Shown here piece after piece: positions 19,390-27,967 of a stretch of DNA of 64,000 nt. The translations under genes and the position numbers were made by a program. The DNA comes from an uncultured Actinomycetes bacterium. GTDB lineage: Bacteria > Actinomycetota > Thermoleophilia > UBA2241. Under the pieces are notes generated by a model. The model had not been told where the DNA came from. It was given only the letters and a program-made list of their open reading frames with translations, and searched no databases. The stretch lies in the NCBI GenBank assembly GCA_963725665.1, contig CAVRZA010000004.1:96001-160000 (forward strand), in the 5' to 3' direction. How positions within the stretch are numbered: the stretch's first letter is position 1; every line of letters starts with the position of its first letter.

Positions 19390-21041
19390 GCCGCGACCCG
19401 CCTGCGTATCAGAAGGAGAGCGATGTCGTCGGCCATAGGAGCGCCGTTGGCCGTCTCGACGTCGGCGAGGAGGCGGTCGATCTCATCATCGTCGCGCAGC
19501 GGCCTGCGTTGCAGCCGGTCAACAAGACGACCCTCGCCGTAACGTTCCGATTCCCCCGGCTGCGCGCGTCCCTCGACCAGTCCGTCCGTGTAGAACAGCA
19601 AGGACCACGAACCATCCAGATGGAAGTTGACCGGGCTCCAGATGTCGTTCCCCTCAACGCCGAGCGGGAGGGCCGGCGGGGAGTCGAGTGACGCCACTCG
19701 GGGCGTCAGCAGCAGGGGGAGGGGGTGACCGATGTTGAGGCAACGTACCTGGTCACCGACGGCGCTGACCCACGCCAGCGAGGCGGTCGCGAAGGTCTCC
19801 TCAGCGCGACGTTCCCTGACCACCACGGCATCGAGGGTGCTCCTGATCGTGCGTGGGGAGGCGCCGCTCATGACCAGGGCCTGCCACGTCGACCGCAGGC
19901 TGGCGCCGAGCGCCGCGGCGGCCGGACCGTGGCCGCTCACATCGCCCACGATCAGGGCCAGTTCGCCGTCGTCGAGCGCCAGCACGTCGAGGAAGTCGCC
20001 GCCCAGCCTGAGCCGGCTCTCCGAGGGGCGGTAGCGCCGAACGACCTCGAGGCTTCCATGCTCGACGAACGCGGGCGGGATGAGGTTCCCCTCGAGGGCG
20101 GCGTGGAGATAGACGAGCTGATGCTGGGCCTCGCGGCGGCGTGCGTTCTCGAGGGCGACACTCGCCTGATCGGCGAACCCCTGGGCCACGTTCGCAAGTT
20201 GGCCGTCAAGGCTGGGCAGGCCCACCTGCCAGCTCAGGGTGAGGAGTCCCTTCAGCCTCCCCCCACTGACCATAGGCGCGATGAGCGACCTGCGCAGCGG
20301 AAGATGCTTGGTCGCCGACAGGAGAGGTCCTCCCGATGCTGCTTCCTCGACGTCTCCCAGAACGACCGGCCGTCGGGTGCTGACCAGTGCCTCGACGTTG
20401 GGGAAGTCCGACAGGGAGAACGCGGCGAGAGCCGAGTTCATCGCCGCCTCGGGGTCACCTCCGATGAGGGTGACCGTCTGGCCTTCGACCGCGTACAGGC
20501 GCACCCAATCGGATCCGAAGATCTCGTGCGCGGTGCGGCAGATCTCCGCGCCCACATCGGCGGAGTCTTTCACGTGAAGCGATGGAGCGTGCAGCATGAT
20601 GCGCTCCATCGCTTCGCGCACCAGAGTCTCGCGACTGAGGGACTCGGCGGCGCGCTCACCGCTGCGCTGGTGACGTCGCAGCAAGTTGGCCAGGCTCCCC
20701 GCGAGGACCGCCGCGAGGCACCAGATGGCGGCTCCGCCGATCGTCCCGAAGGTGGAGGACGTGGCTCCGAGATGAGCCACGAGGAGGAAGAAGGCGACCG
20801 CGCCGACGAGGGCGCACACGATCCCGACCGTGGGGCCGGCGAGGATGGCAGCCAGCATGACGACGAGCGTGACCCCGGAGCCCGGGATCCCAAGGAGCAG
20901 CTCGGACGACGGGTTCGCGCCGGCAAGGGCGAGAAAGCAGACCTCGACGCTGGCCGCGACCGCGAGGACCACGAGCGGCCGCCGACGCGCCGGGAGTCGC
21001 TCGAGGAGTGGACGGACACGCAGTCGATTCGAGGGAGACAC
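19386..21041 (-). CDS. Membrane-anchored GAF-PP2C/SpoIIE-type phosphatase
   Basis: 4 TM segments, GAF-like region (SLIAPMVSGGRLKGLLTL), GGDFLD, GDVSGHG, YTDGLVE, DDIALLL. Stop overlaps the radical SAM ATG. Confidence 0.85.
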   Translation of the reverse strand: MSPSNRLRVRPLLERLPARRRPLVVLAVAASVEVCFLALAGANPSSELLLGIPGSGVTLVVMLAAILAGPTVGIVCALVGAVAFFLLVAHLGATSSTFGTIGGAAIWCLAAVLAGSLANLLRRHQRSGERAAESLSRETLVREAMERIMLHAPSLHVKDSADVGAEICRTAHEIFGSDWVRLYAVEGQTVTLIGGDPEAAMNSALAAFSLSDFPNVEALVSTRRPVVLGDVEEAASGGPLLSATKHLPLRRSLIAPMVSGGRLKGLLTLSWQVGLPSLDGQLANVAQGFADQASVALENARRREAQHQLVYLHAALEGNLIPPAFVEHGSLEVVRRYRPSESRLRLGGDFLDVLALDDGELALIVGDVSGHGPAAAALGASLRSTWQALVMSGASPRTIRSTLDAVVVRERRAEETFATASLAWVSAVGDQVRCLNIGHPLPLLLTPRVASLDSPPALPLGVEGNDIWSPVNFHLDGSWSLLFYTDGLVEGRAQPGESERYGEGRLVDRLQRRPLRDDDEIDRLLADVETANGAPMADDIALLLIRRRVAA

Positions 21042-21452
21042 GCAACCGGCCCCTGGTAGCGAAGCGCTGCCGGGGCGGTGCGACGAAGTGGTGGCGCGGT
21101 CCGAGGGCCCCGATATCCCTCGAATCGTAGCTAGGTCTCGTATCCTACGTCAAAGGACAATGAACGCAAACATTCATACGCAAAGATGCGGTGACTAGTG
21201 CTCACATCCTCTGCGCTCTCTTTGAGTACCAAGACCAACGCAAAAGGAGGAATTTCCAGGAATATGTCCCTCGATATAGAGGGATAGCTGCAAACTGCCG
21301 GGAATGTACGCTGAGATAAGGTTACGTCTGGAGTTCGACGGGGAGACTCAAAGTGAGCCGATCACGTTCTGTCAGGAATGACAGGCAGCGGCCGAACCGC
21401 CCGGCGAGCTCCCTCCTCGAGCTGGCTGTGCCCGATGCTTGGGGGCCGCCCA

Positions 21453-21736
21453 ATGAGCGAGCAACCTGGGGCACACGAACGTCTGCTCACCCCTGATCAA
21501 GTCGCCGAGCGATTGAGCCTGAGCGTCCTCACGGTGCGGGCCTGGTTGCGCTCGGGAAAGCTCCCGGGGGCCAAACCTGGAGGCAAGGTCTGGCGCGTGC
21601 GTGAGGCCGATCTCGACGAGTACATCCGTGCTCTTAGCCAGGGCGACGGCCACCGGGGCAACGGCCACCAGGGCGACGGTCACCAGAGCGACGGGCACCG
21701 GGCAACGGGCACCGCGTCGTCCAAGACCGGCGTTGA
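21453..21736 (+). CDS. Excisionase/BldC-like HTH DNA-binding protein with G-D/N-G-H-x repeats
   Basis: LLTPDQVAERLSLSVLTVRAWLRSGKLPGAKPGGKVWRVREADL. A probable 1-nt loss near 21700 would give a stop at 21736; as read, the ORF runs to 22103. Confidence 0.75.
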
Positions 21737-21829
21737 GAGCCGCGACGGCCGAGGCTGGTGCTACGCCGATCCGCCAACGGCGGCAGGCAGTGCAGAACCG
21801 CCGCCATCACCATCAGAGAGAGGGCAGCA

Positions 21830-22009
21830 ATGCATCATTTTGGCGCCGCGCGACGACCGGTTAGCAGCCGCTATCGCGTCGCCACCTTCGAAGAACGCAG
21901 AGTCTGCGCCGAGGAGGGCTGTGTCACCCGGCTCTCGATCTACAATCCCGGCGCCTTCTGTGCTCTTCACGCGACGCGAGCCCGTTCATTCTCCACCTCG
22001 GGACGGTAG
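21830..22009 (+). CDS. Small putative Zn-binding protein (59 aa)
   Basis: Purine-rich RBS; RVCAEEGCVTRLSIYNPGAFCALH gives C-x4-C-x12-C-x2-H. Confidence 0.65.
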   Translation: MHHFGAARRPVSSRYRVATFEERRVCAEEGCVTRLSIYNPGAFCALHATRARSFSTSGR

Positions 22010-22167
22010 CGGCGGCGGGGCGGCGGCTGCTTTGAGCGGAGGCACCTTAGTAATCCGCAAAGACTCCTTAACACGAACTCAACAAGTATGGGGCAGACTG
22101 TGACCGTGGCTCCTTTCGCTGAATAAGCGAGACCCCCCTCCAGGAGGGCTTCCCCCAAAGCCCTCGA

Positions 22168-22200
22168 GAAGGCCCCGTTCCCGGCGGGGTCTTTTCTTTT
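22168..22200 (+). terminator. Rho-independent terminator
   Basis: GAAGGCCCCG...CGGGGTCTTTTCTTTT stem followed by a U tract. Confidence 0.7.
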
Positions 22201-22250
22201 GCGCAGAACCTCGCGGCACAGACCCGTTGCCCGGCCCGTCTGAAAAGCCG

Positions 22251-22658
22251 TCAGCTCTCGAGCAGTCCGCGCAGCGCCCCCAGTGACCGCTCGGCCGCGT
22301 CGTGGTCGATGGCGTAGAAGGTCCACCTGCCGCGGGTCTCCTCCGTCACCAGGCCGGCCTCTTTGAGCACGCGGAGGTGGTACGAGGTCTTGGACTGGCC
22401 GAGCTCGAACTGCTCCTGGAACTCGCACACGCAGATGCCTTGCGGTTCGTCGCTTCCGGGAACACCACGGGTGCAGGGCGCGGACAGGCCACAACACCCG
22501 CGTCCTTGGGACATCATCTCGAGCATGCGCACTCGGATCGGGTCGGAGAGGGCCTTCGCGACCCGCACCAGGTCGGCCGTCTCGCTCTCCGCGACCCTGC
22601 GGCGGCTCGCGTCGGCACCGGTCCCTTTCTTCAGCTTCGTCACTGAGGTCCTCGTCAT
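22251..22658 (-). CDS. arsR: ArsR/SmtB-family repressor
   Basis: KALSDPIRVRML, CC pair and ICVCE, SYHLRVLKEAGLV; divergent from arsM. Confidence 0.85.
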   Translation of the reverse strand: MTRTSVTKLKKGTGADASRRRVAESETADLVRVAKALSDPIRVRMLEMMSQGRGCCGLSAPCTRGVPGSDEPQGICVCEFQEQFELGQSKTSYHLRVLKEAGLVTEETRGRWTFYAIDHDAAERSLGALRGLLES

Positions 22659-22725
22659 GGGTGATCCTCTCGGTACCTCTCGGCCAGACGATCGGTGGTT
22701 GATCGCGATGCTAGCACAACTTTTC

Positions 22726-22785
22726 TTGATGTGGGATTGACATCAACTCTTCTTGATGTATTCTAACACCTAACGAACTTGATGT
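22726..22785. promoter_or_regulatory. ars promoter/operator
   Basis: TTGACA 22737 and TATTCT 22759, palindrome ACATCAA-N6-TTGATGT, extra TTGATGT copies at 22726 and 22779. Confidence 0.7.
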
Positions 22786-22808
22786 GAACACGTCATTGGG
22801 AGGACGTC

Positions 22809-23627
22809 ATGAGCGAGATTGGGACGGGCGAGGACCTGAAGGACCGCGTGCGCGAGCATTACGCCGAACGGGCCAAGGCCGCGGCCGAGGCGCAGCCGTG
22901 TAGCTGTTGCGGCGGGGCCGCCGTGGAGCCACAGGACGAGTTCGCGCGCGGCCTGTACGCCGTCGATGAGGCTGGCTCGCTGCCGCCCGAGGCGGTGCTC
23001 GCCAGCCTCGGATGCGGCAACCCGACCGCGCTCGCTGAGCTGCACGAGGGTGAGGTCGTGCTCGACCTGGGGAGTGGCGGCGGCATCGACGTGCTCCTCT
23101 CGGCTCGCCGTGTGGGCCCGACGGGCAAGGCCTACGGTCTCGATATGACCGACGAGATGCTCGCGCTGGCGCGCGGCAACCAACGCAAGGCCGGCGTCGA
23201 GAACGTCGAGTTCCTCAAGGGCGAGATCGAGGACGTGCCGCTGCCCGACGAGACGGTCGACGTGATCATCAGCAACTGCGTCATCAACCTCTCGACCGAC
23301 AAGGATAAGGTGCTCGCCGAGGCGTTCCGCGTGCTCAAGCCGGGCGGTCGCTTCGCGGTCTCCGACGTCGTGTTCCAGGGCGACCTGAGCCTCGTGCCCG
23401 AGAGTGTGAAGGGCGACGCCGAGGCGTGGGCGGGCTGCATCGCCGGCGCGCTCGAGGAGCGCGACTATCTGGCGCGCCTCGAGCGCGCCGGCTTCGAGGA
23501 CGCGTCCCTCGAGGTGACTACCGTTTACGAGGCGTCGCCCGCCAGCTCGTGCTGCGGCAACCCGGCGTTGCCCGAGGGTGTGCGGCTGGTCAGCGGGTTC
23601 ATCCGGGCGACCAAACCGCGCCTGTAG
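22809..23627 (+). CDS. arsM: Arsenite S-adenosylmethyltransferase
   Basis: SLGCGNP, LDLGSGGGID, IISNCVINL, WAGCIAGAL. Confidence 0.93.
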   Translation: MSEIGTGEDLKDRVREHYAERAKAAAEAQPCSCCGGAAVEPQDEFARGLYAVDEAGSLPPEAVLASLGCGNPTALAELHEGEVVLDLGSGGGIDVLLSARRVGPTGKAYGLDMTDEMLALARGNQRKAGVENVEFLKGEIEDVPLPDETVDVIISNCVINLSTDKDKVLAEAFRVLKPGGRFAVSDVVFQGDLSLVPESVKGDAEAWAGCIAGALEERDYLARLERAGFEDASLEVTTVYEASPASSCCGNPALPEGVRLVSGFIRATKPRL

Positions 23628-23746
23628 CAGGGCTGATCGGACTCCGTGGTCGCGATCATGCCGGCACGAGAGAGCCAACGGCAGTCAGCGCGAGCTACAA
23701 TCAGCCTGCTAGACGGGGTAAGTTCGGGCAAACGGAAGGATGCGCC

Positions 23747-24004
23747 ATGAGCGACAAGGAAACGGCGGAGGATCTCGGGCGGATGAGCCCGGTACAGGTC
23801 GTGCAGTGCGCCGAAGGATCCAACACGGTCTGCTGGATCCGCGCCGAGGCGACCGCCGACGATGGCACGTCGACTTCGTATGAGTGCTGTGGCGGCGGCG
23901 GGACGAAGGCGAGCTTCACGGTGCGGACCGGGTTCTTGAGCAGCAAGTCCGTGGATCCGCAAGATGTACCCGACGGGCTGAGCTGGAGCAGGCGTTGCAT
24001 CTGA
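23747..24004 (+). CDS. Cys-rich hypothetical protein (85 aa)
   Basis: GGAAGGA RBS; five Cys including a CC pair and a near-terminal Cys; co-oriented within the ars cluster. Confidence 0.6.
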   Translation: MSDKETAEDLGRMSPVQVVQCAEGSNTVCWIRAEATADDGTSTSYECCGGGGTKASFTVRTGFLSSKSVDPQDVPDGLSWSRRCI

Positions 24005-24010
24005 CACGGC

Positions 24011-24052
24011 AGGCACGAGGTCTGGCGAGGCGGGCACGAGGTCTGACGAGGT
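24011..24052 (+). repeat. Short tandem repeat GGCACGAGGTCTG x2
   Basis: AGGCACGAGGTCTGGCGAGG followed by GGGCACGAGGTCTGACGAGG. Confidence 0.6.
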
Positions 24053-24056
24053 CGAG

Positions 24057-24566
24057 GTGATACTCGACCCGCCCCACGTCGCGCGACCAAAGGTCCTCTT
24101 CATCTGCACCGGCAACACTGCGCGCAGCCAGATGGCCGAGGGCTTCCTCCGCGCGCTGGCCGGCGAGCGCTTCGACACCTACAGCGCCGGGCTCGAGCCG
24201 GGCGAGCTGCACCCGCTCACCGTGCAGGTCATGAAGGAGTGCGGCATCGACGTGAGCGGCCAGCGCGCAAAGAGCCTCGACGAGTACCTGGGCAAGCTCA
24301 GCTTCGCCTTTGTGATCACGGTCTGCGACCGCGCCGCACGCAAGTGCCCCATCTTCCCGGGGACGGGCGAGCGGCTGCACTGGTCGTTCGAGGATCCTGC
24401 CGAGATCGTCGGCAGCGACGCGCAGACGCTGGCGAAGTTCCGCGAGGTGCGTGACCTGATCGAGGCGCGCATCCGCGACTGGATCGCAGCCTCGCCCGAT
24501 GCCGTCGTCGCGAGTCCGCCGACGATGATGATCGACCTGCCCGGAGAGGGGGGCGTCGATGGCTGA
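24057..24566 (+). CDS. arsC: Thioredoxin-type arsenate reductase (LMW-PTP fold)
   Basis: P-loop [12 protein letters not shown], resolving cysteines in [18 protein letters not shown]. Confidence 0.9.
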   Translation: MILDPPHVARPKVLFICTGNTARSQMAEGFLRALAGERFDTYSAGLEPGELHPLTVQVMKECGIDVSGQRAKSLDEYLGKLSFAFVITVCDRAARKCPIFPGTGERLHWSFEDPAEIVGSDAQTLAKFREVRDLIEARIRDWIAASPDAVVASPPTMMIDLPGEGGVDG

Positions 24567-25668
24567 GGCCGGCGCTGCGGCGGCCGAGACCCGCGCGGCC
24601 GGGGGAAGGAGGCAACGGCTCTCGTTCCTCGACCGCTACCTCACGGCCTGGATCTTCCTCGCCATGGCGATCGGCGTGGGCATCGGCTGGGTGGCGCCGT
24701 CGATCAAGGACTTCTGGAACCAGTTCTCGGTGGGCACGACGAGCATCCCGATCGCCGTCGGGCTCATCGTCATGATGTACCCGCCGCTCGCCAAGGTGCG
24801 CTACGAGGAGCTGGGCGACGTCTTCCGCGACTACAGGATCCTCGGTCTCTCCCTGGTGCAGAACTGGCTCATCGGTCCCTTCGTGATGTTCTTCCTAGCG
24901 ATCATCTTCCTGCATAACTACCCCGAGTACATGGTGGGTCTCATCATGATGGGCCTCGCGCGCTGCATCGCCATGGTCATCGTCTGGAACCAGCTCGCCA
25001 AGGGCGACACCGAGTACGCCGCCGGCCTGGTCGCCTTCAACTCGATCTTCCAGGTCCTCTTCTACAGCGTTTACGCCTGGATCTTCGTCACCAAGCTGCC
25101 GCCGCTCTTCGGCCTGCAGGGCAGCGTGGTCGACATCTCCATCGGCCAGATCGCCAAGAGCGTCTTCATCTACCTCGGCATCCCCTTCGTCGCCGGCATG
25201 GTGACGCGCTACATCGGCCTGAGGACCAAGGGCCGTGAGTGGTACGAGCAGAGGTTCATCCCGCGCATCAGCCCGATCACCCTCGTGGCCTTGCTGTTCA
25301 CCATCTTCGTCATGTTCAGCTTCAAGGGCGACCTGATCGTGGAGCTGCCGCTGGACGTGCTGCGCATCGCCGTGCCGCTGCTGCTCTACTTCGTCATCAT
25401 GTTCTTCCTGAGCTTCTTCATGAGCTACCGGATGGGCGCCGACTACGAGAAGAGCGCTACCCTCTCGTTCACCGCCGCCAGCAACAACTTCGAGCTCGCC
25501 ATTGCCGTCTCGGTGGCCGTGTTCGGCATCGCCTCGGGCGAGGCGTTCGCCAGCGTCATCGGACCGCTGGTCGAGGTGCCCGTGCTGATCGGTCTGGTCA
25601 GTGTGGCCCTCTACTTCAAGCGCCGGTACTACTCTGGTGGGCGAGCTTTGGCGCGGGGAGAGACGTGA
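24559..25668 (+). CDS. acr3: Acr3 arsenite efflux transporter
   Basis: [49 protein letters not shown]. Confidence 0.95.
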   Translation: MAEAGAAAAETRAAGGRRQRLSFLDRYLTAWIFLAMAIGVGIGWVAPSIKDFWNQFSVGTTSIPIAVGLIVMMYPPLAKVRYEELGDVFRDYRILGLSLVQNWLIGPFVMFFLAIIFLHNYPEYMVGLIMMGLARCIAMVIVWNQLAKGDTEYAAGLVAFNSIFQVLFYSVYAWIFVTKLPPLFGLQGSVVDISIGQIAKSVFIYLGIPFVAGMVTRYIGLRTKGREWYEQRFIPRISPITLVALLFTIFVMFSFKGDLIVELPLDVLRIAVPLLLYFVIMFFLSFFMSYRMGADYEKSATLSFTAASNNFELAIAVSVAVFGIASGEAFASVIGPLVEVPVLIGLVSVALYFKRRYYSGGRALARGET

Positions 25669-26208
25669 CGCGGCCGGCGGCGCTCGATCTCGAGCAGCAA
25701 GCGCTTGCGATCGATACCGCCGCCGAACCCCGTCAGGTCGCCGAGGTGACCCACGACGCGGTGGCACGGCACGACGATGGGGAGGGGGTTGCACGCCAGC
25801 GCCTGGCCGACGGCACGACCGGCGTGAGGCCGGCCGATGCGAGCGGCCAGCTCTCCGTAGGTGATCGTCTCCCCGTATCCGACCTCACGTAGTGCGTACC
25901 AGACCGCGAGCTGGAACTCCGTCCCGCTGCGTCGCGTAGGAACTGTGAAGGAGTCTGACTTCCCCGCGAAGTAGTCCCTCAAGCTGCCGTTTGGCAGTCG
26001 TGAGGATCTCGGTGTCGGCGTCGTTCGCAGCGTGGTCTGCGGCACGACGGCGCCCGTGGCTCGCGGCCGCAGGGTGCTCGTCTTCACCTTGTCCTTCCAT
26101 GCGGATCGCGACGAGCTCTCCGGCTTGCGCGACCAGCTCGAGCTCGCCTATCGGTGTGGTCATCCGCAGCGTCTTCGGGGCTTGCTTCGTCAGCCCTGCT
26201 CGTTCCAT
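25629..26208 (-). CDS. ogt: O6-methylguanine-DNA methyltransferase (frameshift near 25975)
   Basis: [23 protein letters not shown], active site PCHRV. Confidence 0.85.
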
Positions 26209-26350
26209 GTGTCCTCCTCGTTCCGACAGGACCATGTTGGCGCGTTGCGGCAGTGAGTTCTGGCGGGATTCGGCCACGGTCGTGCGCGTCGCACATGCCT
26301 GGCCGAATCCCGCTAGTCAGGACGGCTGATGAGGGTAGACTGAGGCCACG

Positions 26351-27823
26351 ATGCTGCCGGATCTCGAGACCTGCTTCGCCGCCATGCAGAGCCGCGACAA
26401 GCGGTTCGACGGCTCGTTCTTCGTCGCCGTCGCGACGACGAGGATCTACTGCCGCCCGAGCTGCCCCGCCGTGAGTCCGAAGCGGACGAACGTGCGCTTC
26501 TACCCCACGGCGGCGGCGGCGCAGGCGGCCGGCTATCGCGCCTGCCTGCGCTGCCGCCCCGACGCCGTGCCCGGCTCTCCCGGCTGGAACCTGCGCTCCG
26601 ACGTGGCGGCGCGCGCCCTGCGGCTCGTCAGCGACGGCGTGGTGGACCGCGAGGGGGTCGAGGGGCTGGCCCGGCGCCTCGCCTACAGCCCGCGACAGCT
26701 CCGCCGGCTCCTGGTCGACGAGCTCGGCGCCGGGCCGCTCGACCTGGCCAGAGCGCAGCGCGCCCACACGGCGCGGCTGCTGATCGAGACGACGTCCCTT
26801 CCCTTCGGCGAGGTCGCCTTTGCGGCGGGGTTCTCGAGCATCCGCCAGTTCAACGACACGGTGCGCGCGATCTTCGCGCTCACGCCCAGCGATCTGCGCC
26901 GCCGCGCGGCGCGGCGGCGCGGCAGCGCCGGCGTCCCCCAGCAGCTTGGCGTCGTCGCCCTGCGGCTCCCGTTCCGGGCGCCCCTGCATCCGCAGGGGCT
27001 GCTCGACTTCTTCGCCGAACACGCGGTGTCCGGCGTCGAGGAGGTCCGTGACAACACGCTACGGCGCACGCTGCGACTACCCCACGCCTCGGGCATCGCC
27101 GAGCTGGCGCCGCGCGAGGGCTACGTGGAGTGCCTGCTGCGGCTGGGCGACCTGCGCGATCTCGCGACCGCTGTGGAGCGGTGTCGGGCGCTGTTCGACC
27201 TCGACGCCGACCCGGTCGCCGTCGATGAGGCCCTGGGACGCGATGGCCTGCTCGCTCCGCTCGTGCGCCGCGCGCCGGGTCGCCGCGTGCCCGGTACGGT
27301 GGACGGCGCCGAGCTCGCCGTCCGCGCCGTCCTGGGACAGCAGGTGTCCCTGAAGGCGGCCCGCACGCTGGCGGGGCGGCTGTCGGCGGCGCTTGGCGCT
27401 CCCATCGCCGACCCTCAGGGCACGCTGGAGCGCACGTTCCCGGCGCCCGGAGCGGTGGCCGACGCCGCTCCGTCGCTGCTGCCTATGCCGGCGAGCAAGC
27501 GCGAGACCGTGCTGACGCTCGCTCGCCTACTCGCCGAAGGAGGGCTCGTGCTCGATCCGGGAACCGACCGCGACGAAGCGCGGCGACGGCTCCTCGAGCT
27601 GCGCGGCGTGGGACCGTGGACGGCCGAGTACATCGCCATGCGCGCCCTGCGCGACGCCGACGCGTTCCCGGTCGGCGACCGCGGCGTCGCGCGCGGGCTC
27701 GAGGCGCTCGGCGAGGCGGGCGGCCGCACAGCGGCCGCCCGCCTCGCCGAGCGCTGGCGGCCCTGGCGCGCCTACGCGCTGCAGCATCTGTGGGCGGCGG
27801 CGGCGGGGCCCGTCGCTGGCTGA
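26351..27823 (+). CDS. alkA: Ada (Zn/AraC)-AlkA DNA-3-methyladenine glycosylase fusion
   Basis: IYCRPSC, ACLRCRP, AraC HTH, RAVLGQQVS, GVGPWTAEY, WRPWRAYA. Confidence 0.92.
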   Translation: MLPDLETCFAAMQSRDKRFDGSFFVAVATTRIYCRPSCPAVSPKRTNVRFYPTAAAAQAAGYRACLRCRPDAVPGSPGWNLRSDVAARALRLVSDGVVDREGVEGLARRLAYSPRQLRRLLVDELGAGPLDLARAQRAHTARLLIETTSLPFGEVAFAAGFSSIRQFNDTVRAIFALTPSDLRRRAARRRGSAGVPQQLGVVALRLPFRAPLHPQGLLDFFAEHAVSGVEEVRDNTLRRTLRLPHASGIAELAPREGYVECLLRLGDLRDLATAVERCRALFDLDADPVAVDEALGRDGLLAPLVRRAPGRRVPGTVDGAELAVRAVLGQQVSLKAARTLAGRLSAALGAPIADPQGTLERTFPAPGAVADAAPSLLPMPASKRETVLTLARLLAEGGLVLDPGTDRDEARRRLLELRGVGPWTAEYIAMRALRDADAFPVGDRGVARGLEALGEAGGRTAAARLAERWRPWRAYALQHLWAAAAGPVAG

Positions 27824-27967
27824 CCGCAGCGGCGCGCAGGGGGTCGTCTCGCCGGATCGAAGCGAAGCAGCCATCTCGCGGCGGTCCTGCGCTGGCGCCG
27901 TCTCGCGTCTGGTCTTAGAGTGCCGCTGTCGAGCGGCGCCGATGTCGCGCGTCTCGAGGAGGTGACC

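Noticed and set aside
21325-21355. Fluoride riboswitch-like GGAGTTC/GACTC
   Set aside because: Lacks the conserved GAUG start and the downstream GCU(A/G)AUGAC element; no crcB-type gene follows.
21453-21736. Prophage or ICE suggested by the excisionase-like HTH
   Set aside because: No integrase, att duplication or phage/conjugation genes nearby.
23996-24056. Possible selenocysteine read-through at TGC ATC TGA CAC GGC...GAGGTCTG, reminiscent of the E. coli fdhF SECIS context
   Set aside because: No convincing stem forms, the resemblance is explained by a short tandem repeat, and another in-frame TGA follows 14 codons later.
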